Positions 58,797 to 64,000 of a DNA stretch of 64,000 bases are shown here, piece by piece. Within the stretch, counting starts at the first letter, position 1. The number at the start of each line of letters is the position of its first letter. The position numbers were made by a program, and so were the translations under genes. The notes under the pieces were generated by a model. It ran no database searches, was not told the origin of the DNA, and saw nothing but the letters and a program-made list of their open reading frames with translations. The stretch is from an uncultured Nitrososphaerota archaeon (GTDB taxonomy: Archaea; Korarchaeota; Korarchaeia; Korarchaeales; Korarchaeaceae), in NCBI GenBank assembly GCA_964594835.1, contig CAZQNA010000001.1, forward strand, positions 32,001 to 96,000. The letters run 5' to 3'.

Positions 58797-59885
58797 GTGA
58801 TCGCCATGAGGGTCCTCAAGAGGGACGAGAGAAGGGGGACTGTGACAGTAAAGGTCGACGGACAGGAGGACCTGTACTGGCTCTCCCTGATAATCAAGCC
58901 GGGGGACCTCGTCACCTCGAGGACCACCCGGAGGTACAAGCCCGAGGGCCAGCAGAGACCGGACAGCGGGGAGAGGGTCCCTGTCACCCTCACCATAGAG
59001 GTGGAGAAGGTGGAGGTTGGGCCCAAGGGAGCCTCCCTCAGGGTCCTCGGGGTCGTAAGGAGGGCGCCGGATTGGCTGGGAATACAGGGAAAGCACCACT
59101 CCCTGGACGTGTCCCCGGGGGCCCAGCTCACCATACAGAAGGATCGGTGGAGCGGCATGCTCCTGGAGTTCCTGGAGAGGGCCGAGAGATCGACCCTCTC
59201 CCCGAAGGTCCTGGTAGCCGCGGTCGACGACAGATCCGCGACCGTCGCGGTGATCTCAGACTTCAGGGTGACCCCGGAGGTCACGCTTCGATCGCGAAGG
59301 GCGGCGGACTCTCGCTCCAAGAGGCCTCAGAGCGTCCTGGATCCGAATTTCCAGAGGGAGCTCGGGGAGCTGCTGGAGAGGCTGGTTGAGAGGTACTCTC
59401 CGGAGGCGCTCGTCCTCACAGGGCCAGGGTTCTTCAAGGAGGAGCTGGCAAGGTACCTCCAGGAGAGACACCCGAGCCTTGCAGGCTTGATCCGAGTGGT
59501 GGACTCATCCTCGGCGACCCTGAGCGGGATATACGAGGTCCTACGAAGGGGCGAGATTGACAGGGTGGCGAGGGAGCTGGCGATCTCCAGGGACTCTGGC
59601 CTCCTCCAAGAGTTCCTCCGAGAGGTGTCCAGGGGGTCCAGGCTGGTGACTTACGGCGTCGGGGAGGTGGGTCGGGCGCTCGATATGGGGGCGGTTGAGG
59701 TCCTACTGATATCCAGCGCGATGCTCTTCGACCCGTCAACGAGGGAGGAGGCCATGCGGATGCTGGAGATGTGCAGGAGGACGGGGGCCAGCTTCCGCAT
59801 CGTGGACTCGGAGTCAGAGCCGGGACAGATGCTCGACTCCCTCGGCGGAGTCGTGGCCTTCCTGAGGTTTCCGGCCTCGGCCTGA
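58797..59885 (+). CDS. pelA: mRNA surveillance / ribosome rescue protein Pelota
   Basis: EDLYWL..II.PGD, HHSL, GPGFFKE, YG..EV..A...GAVE.LL, LGGVVAFLRF. Confidence 0.92.
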   Translation: MIAMRVLKRDERRGTVTVKVDGQEDLYWLSLIIKPGDLVTSRTTRRYKPEGQQRPDSGERVPVTLTIEVEKVEVGPKGASLRVLGVVRRAPDWLGIQGKHHSLDVSPGAQLTIQKDRWSGMLLEFLERAERSTLSPKVLVAAVDDRSATVAVISDFRVTPEVTLRSRRAADSRSKRPQSVLDPNFQRELGELLERLVERYSPEALVLTGPGFFKEELARYLQERHPSLAGLIRVVDSSSATLSGIYEVLRRGEIDRVARELAISRDSGLLQEFLREVSRGSRLVTYGVGEVGRALDMGAVEVLLISSAMLFDPSTREEAMRMLEMCRRTGASFRIVDSESEPGQMLDSLGGVVAFLRFPASA

Positions 59886-59898
59886 TCGGACTGCCGGA

Positions 59899-60195
59899 CT
59901 AGCTCAGAAGCTCGAGGACGAAGTAGAGGATGACGCCGGAAGTGATGAGCTTCCTCCCCTTGTAGGAGAATACGTCGGAGGCCCACAGTACCACTCCCAC
60001 CGCTATGAGGGTCCCCGCGAGGATCCTCCCCAGCTCGATGGCCGTCTCCCTCAGGAATGACAGGATCTCGATGAGCTCCGCCTTGAACCCCTCGAGGACC
60101 CGGGAGTGAGATAGCTGGGGATTGGCCGAGGAGGTCCCCACGGCGCCCAGCAGAATCAGCAGCATTAACAGCGCTGCCGAGAGCCACTCCCTCAT
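59899..60195 (-). CDS. Small membrane protein, VirB2/TrbC/CedA1 pilin-like architecture
   Basis: Signal peptide, amphipathic helix, TM, basic loop KGRK, TM. Confidence 0.55.
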   Translation of the reverse strand: MREWLSAALLMLLILLGAVGTSSANPQLSHSRVLEGFKAELIEILSFLRETAIELGRILAGTLIAVGVVLWASDVFSYKGRKLITSGVILYFVLELLS

Positions 60196-60243
60196 GCTCC
60201 TCTCGAAGGGAGGGGTCTTGGGGGGTAATCTCCCTGCCGGACA

Positions 60244-60969
60244 TTAAAACATTTCCCTCAGCCTCCTCCGGAGGCCCTTCTTGAGGTTTGCGAGCCTCTT
60301 GAGGGCCCCCTCGAAGCTCTCGTCCAGTCCCAGCGTGTAATGGACGTAGAGACCCGTCTTCCCTCGAACCCTCCTCTCGGTCAGCACCCTCACCCTCTCC
60401 TCGACGGTTCCAACCGAGATCCCCAGGATCCTCGCCACGACCTCCTCCCTCCCGACCACCGAGACCTCCTCGTGCCCGTCCGGCGTGGGCACCACGAGGG
60501 TGAGCCTCTTGTTCACCCCCGGAACCCTCTTGAGGCTCCTTATCTGGGCCAGATCCGCGCACCCGCCGAACCTGTAGAACTCCTCCTCCCTCTCTCCGAG
60601 CACGGTCAGCGGGACGGAGACCACGACGTTTCCCTCAAAGTGTATGTACCCCTTGACCGAGCTGGACGGGGTGGCCTGGATTATCTCCCTCCTGACGGGC
60701 TCTCCGATCCTCTCCCTGAGCGTCATCTCTATGGCCGACGCCGGCAGTCTGGGTCTGAGGACGACCACGTCCACGTCGCTCCTGCGATCGACATCTCCCC
60801 TGGCGACGCTCCCGTAGACGAGTGAGGGCTGACCGACGCTGATCATCGCCTCCATGACGGCCTCCGCCCTTCTCCTCAGCTCTCTGAGTAGGTACCACCT
60901 CGCCGGTCCGTAGACGACGCGTCGATCAGGTTTTAGTCCCAGCAACCCTGTGATCGGGCGGGGGATCAC
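60244..60969 (-). CDS. Predicted nucleotidyltransferase (Pol beta-like, COG2413-type)
   Basis: YGSVARGDV...SDVDVV, QATP, EFYRFGG, RVPGVNKRL, GKTG. Confidence 0.85.
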   Translation of the reverse strand: MIPRPITGLLGLKPDRRVVYGPARWYLLRELRRRAEAVMEAMISVGQPSLVYGSVARGDVDRRSDVDVVVLRPRLPASAIEMTLRERIGEPVRREIIQATPSSSVKGYIHFEGNVVVSVPLTVLGEREEEFYRFGGCADLAQIRSLKRVPGVNKRLTLVVPTPDGHEEVSVVGREEVVARILGISVGTVEERVRVLTERRVRGKTGLYVHYTLGLDESFEGALKRLANLKKGLRRRLREMF

Positions 60970-60995
60970 CCTTTAACGCGGCGCCAGCCGACTCG

Positions 60996-61634
60996 ATGTG
61001 CACGACCTGCGGGCTGAGGCCTGCAGTCTATCACAGGAGGTACTCTGGGGAGAGGCTCTGCCTCGAGTGCCTCGGGGAGTCCCTCCGGCGCAAGGTCAGG
61101 AGGGCCATCGCGCGCTATCAGACGCTGACCCCGGACTCGAGGATTCTGCTCGTCCTGAGGGGAGATGTGATGGAGGATGAGCTGGCGGCTAGGCTATTCA
61201 TGGAGGTTGAGAGAGATTTTCCCGGAGTTCAGATCTCATTTCTCGTGCTCTTTGGCGCCGGGAGGCCCATGAGGTGCCCTCAATTGAAGGCCGCCATCCG
61301 GGAGGCAGAGGCCAGGGGAGTTCAGAAGGTGGTCCTCCCCCTGGCCGCGGAGGAGATAGTCGCCAGCGACATCCTCTGGATCTCCGGTAGGAGTGGATGC
61401 CTCTTCCTGAGGGGCCGCCTGCTCTACCCGAAGCCCCCAGAAGGACTGGACGTGATTCTACCCCTGTACGACGTGCTGGGCTGGGAGGTGGCGGCGGCCT
61501 TCCGCCGTCGCGCCTCAGACCCCCCTCCGGCGCTCAATCTGATCCACTCCCTCGAGGAGGACTTTTCGGGGTCAACCTACAACATGCTGAGATCGATGGA
61601 GAGGATGGCCGACGCCCTGGGTGACATCCTTTAA
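60996..61634 (+). CDS. Degenerate TtuA/Ncs6(Ctu1)-like protein
   Basis: N-terminal CxxC...YSG..LCxxC zinc finger and KVRRAI..Y retained; PP-loop SGGKDS absent. Confidence 0.65.
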   Translation: MCTTCGLRPAVYHRRYSGERLCLECLGESLRRKVRRAIARYQTLTPDSRILLVLRGDVMEDELAARLFMEVERDFPGVQISFLVLFGAGRPMRCPQLKAAIREAEARGVQKVVLPLAAEEIVASDILWISGRSGCLFLRGRLLYPKPPEGLDVILPLYDVLGWEVAAAFRRRASDPPPALNLIHSLEEDFSGSTYNMLRSMERMADALGDIL

Positions 61635-61681
61635 TTTGGGGCCCAACTCGGCGGTGCCGCGAAGGGCGGGGATGGTCTCAG

Positions 61682-63127
61682 ATGTCCGAGAGGAAGGCGT
61701 TCGAGCTGACGCCCAAGGATGAGGACTTCTCGAGGTGGTTCGACGAGGTCATCTTCAAGTCGGGCATCCTGGACGAGAGGTACCCCGTCAAGGGCATGTA
61801 TGTGTGGCTGCCATTCGGCTACGCCATAATGGAGGCGATCATGGACATAATGGAGCGCCTCCTCAGGGAGACTGGGCACAGGAGGGTATACTTCCCGGGC
61901 GTCGTGCCTCAGAGCGTTCTGGGGAGGGAGTTCGAGTTCATCAAGGGGTTCCAAGACTCGGTCTACTGGATAACGCGGCTCGGGACCGACCCAGCCCCGG
62001 AGCCCATGGCGCTCAGGCCGACCAGCGAGGCCATCATGTACGAGGTCCTGTCGAGGTGGATACAGAGCTATGCGGACCTCCCCCTCAGGATATACCAGAT
62101 AGTCCCGGTGTACAGGTTCGAGACCAAGGCCACCCGCCCTCTGATAAGGGTCCGGGAGATAGCCTTCTTCAAGGAGGGTCACACGTTCCACGCCACTCTC
62201 GAGGAGGCCGTGGAGCAGGTCAAGTTGGGGGTCAGGATCTATCGAGAGTTCTACGACGAGCTCATGGTCCCCTACCTGGTCGTGAAGACCCTGCCCTGGG
62301 ACACGTTCCCCGGCGCGAAGTACAACATCGACCTCATCACCATAATGCCGGACGGGAAGGCCCTGGAGCTGGGCAGCGTCATCAACTTCGGGGACCTATT
62401 CGCCCGGGCCTACGACCTGACCTACATGGACGAGAGCGGGGAGCAGAGGTACGTGAACACGACCTCCTTTGGGATCTCTGAGAGGAGCCTGGCGGCGGTG
62501 ATCGCAATCCACGGCGACGACAGGGGGCTGAAGCTCCCACCGAAGGTGGCCCCCGTCCAGGTCGTGGTCATACCGATACCGAGGGCCGACGAGAGGGAGG
62601 CCGTCGTCGAGAAGGCACGGGAGATCTACAGGAGGCTCAAGGAGGCCGGATTCAGGGTCGAGATAGACGAGTCGGACGAGAGGCCCGGCTACAAGTACTA
62701 CAAGTGGGACATGAGGGGGGTCCCGCTGAAGGTCGACGTCGGCCCGCAGGAGGTCGGGGGAGGCTACGTCTCGGTCGCCCGGAGGGACGCGGTAGAGCGC
62801 ATCAAGATCCCGGAGTCTGAGCTCGAGGAGGGGATCCGTCAGATGCTCGCCGAGTACGAGCGCTCCCTTCGAGAAGAGGCGAATAGGTACTTCCAGGCCA
62901 GGCTGGCCCGGGCGGAGAGCTTCGACGAGATCAGGAAGGGGATCTCTGAGGGTAAGCTCGTGAGCTTCGCCTGGTGCGGGCGGGAGGAGTGCGCCCACGC
63001 GGTGGAGGAAGAGATAGGCTACGGAATCCTCGGGTACGAGGAAGACGCCCTGAAGGGGAGCGAGCAGCCCTGCATCGTGTGCGGCTCTCCCTCGCCTCAC
63101 AGGGCGTGGATAGGCCGCAGTTACTGA
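61682..63127 (+). CDS. proS: Prolyl-tRNA synthetase (archaeal/eukaryotic type)
   Basis: FSRWF, ALRPTSE, RFETKATRPLIRVRE, FGISER, HGDDRGL, C-terminal Y. Confidence 0.96.
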   Translation: MSERKAFELTPKDEDFSRWFDEVIFKSGILDERYPVKGMYVWLPFGYAIMEAIMDIMERLLRETGHRRVYFPGVVPQSVLGREFEFIKGFQDSVYWITRLGTDPAPEPMALRPTSEAIMYEVLSRWIQSYADLPLRIYQIVPVYRFETKATRPLIRVREIAFFKEGHTFHATLEEAVEQVKLGVRIYREFYDELMVPYLVVKTLPWDTFPGAKYNIDLITIMPDGKALELGSVINFGDLFARAYDLTYMDESGEQRYVNTTSFGISERSLAAVIAIHGDDRGLKLPPKVAPVQVVVIPIPRADEREAVVEKAREIYRRLKEAGFRVEIDESDERPGYKYYKWDMRGVPLKVDVGPQEVGGGYVSVARRDAVERIKIPESELEEGIRQMLAEYERSLREEANRYFQARLARAESFDEIRKGISEGKLVSFAWCGREECAHAVEEEIGYGILGYEEDALKGSEQPCIVCGSPSPHRAWIGRSY

Positions 63128-63177
63128 GCCCATCTACCTTTTATAGGCTCGGACCGACCCAAGACGGGGAAGGGCTC

Positions 63178-63516
63178 ATGCCAAAGAAGAGGAAGAGCAG
63201 GGGCAGGAAGCTTTCGGACTCAGGCCACGAGAAGCCCGTGCAGTGCCACGCCTGCGGCAGGCTCGTGCCCGCGGACAAGGCCGTCAGGATAACTAGGTGG
63301 GTCTCCCCCATCGGGGGGCCCCTGGCCAGGGAGCTGGAGAAGCAGGGGGCGTACATCTCCAAGCGCCTGGAGACGAGGTACTACTGCATCAGCTGCGCAG
63401 TACACATGGGCCTCGTCAGGCCGAGGGCTGAGGAGGAGCGGAAGGTGAGGAGGCCGCTTCAGGCCAGGGGCAGCAGGCAGACGGGCAAGCTCCCCCTGAA
63501 GTTCCTGAAGCTCTGA
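63178..63516 (+). CDS. rps26e: 30S ribosomal protein S26e
   Basis: MPKKRKSRGR, VQC..CG..VP.DKA, YCISCAVH. Confidence 0.93.
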   Translation: MPKKRKSRGRKLSDSGHEKPVQCHACGRLVPADKAVRITRWVSPIGGPLARELEKQGAYISKRLETRYYCISCAVHMGLVRPRAEEERKVRRPLQARGSRQTGKLPLKFLKL

Positions 63517-63534
63517 GCCACCCGGGTTCGGGGC

Positions 63535-64000
63535 TTAGAAGAACTCCTCCAGCCCCTTTCTCCCCTCCTCGACACCCACGCCCTTGAGCGCGTTGAGCGT
63601 TCTCTCTACGACCTGATCGAACAGCTTCAGGTAGTACTCGAGGTCGCAGTCCCCTATGTCGAAGAACTCGGCGGGTCTGGCCCTCTCGTTTATGCTCCCC
63701 CGCCCCCTCACTATGAGTATCCTGAGCACCTGCCCCCTGTGGACCTCGATCCCCTTGTTCTCCTCGAGCCACATGCCGGCCACGTAACCCTTGGTCTTCC
63801 TCTCGAAATCCTCCAGCCTCTTCCCGAGCGTCTCGATGAATATCAGGTCCTCCTTCTGAACCCTGCCCTCCTCTAGCGCCCGCCTGAACTCGGCGACCCT
63901 CCTCTCGATCTCCGACAGGGGCTTCCCCTGGAGGGCCATTCGCACGGCCTCCTCCTGAGCCCTCTTGATGACGGGCGGATAGTCCCTCCTCAGGAACTCG
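63535..64000 (-). CDS. C-terminal part of a second family B DNA polymerase (runs off the right edge)
   Basis: RRD.P..IK.AQ, D.EYY, PIP-box-like GLEEFF C-terminus. Confidence 0.72.
   Translation of the reverse strand, partial: EFLRRDYPPVIKRAQEEAVRMALQGKPLSEIERRVAEFRRALEEGRVQKEDLIFIETLGKRLEDFERKTKGYVAGMWLEENKGIEVHRGQVLRILIVRGRGSINERARPAEFFDIGDCDLEYYLKLFDQVVERTLNALKGVGVEEGRKGLEEFF

Noticed and set aside
1-64000. Many long alternative-frame and antisense ORFs in the ORF track (e.g. 34395-35609, 40396-41652, 11701-12840, 44839-45939)
   Set aside because: They overlap well-supported genes and have low-complexity R/G/P- or H/L/V-rich composition, as expected for shadow ORFs in high-GC DNA.
1-64000. 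CRISPR array, rRNA genes, transposases
   Set aside because: No regularly spaced short repeats, rRNA signatures or transposase motifs were seen.

Overview
GC-rich archaeal chromosome segment, probably a thermophile of the TACK/Thermoproteota group; this placement is inferred from PolB1, eS26, eL14, eL34, GatDE and an exosome-type DnaG. Most of it is dense housekeeping DNA: a ribosomal spc-type cluster (uL14 to secY, DUF106, eL34, eL14, cbf5) followed by tRNA-Ser(GGA) and tRNA-Val(TAC), and a separate uL22-uS3-uL29-Rpp29-uS17 block. It also carries PheRS, TrpRS, ProRS, GatDE, enolase, the CCA enzyme, TruA, two family-B polymerases, and an iorAB + upper mevalonate pathway + gatDE run. Main observations: (1) a 21-nt bulge-helix-bulge mRNA intron splits the catalytic Asp codon of cbf5; (2) two tandem MFS genes have divergent 5' halves but share an identical 526-bp 3' half; (3) several intergenic regions look like structured RNAs (a switch-like element at about 5000-5093, a K-turn-like hairpin upstream of dnaG, and a pheS leader with a uORF); (4) there is a degenerate TtuA/Ncs6 paralog, an orphan VirB2/CedA1-like pilin candidate, a GlcD/GlcF-like pair lacking catalytic residues, and a gene that appears to need a CUG/AUA start. 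No CRISPR array, rRNA or transposase was seen. All calls come from reading motifs by eye, without database searches.
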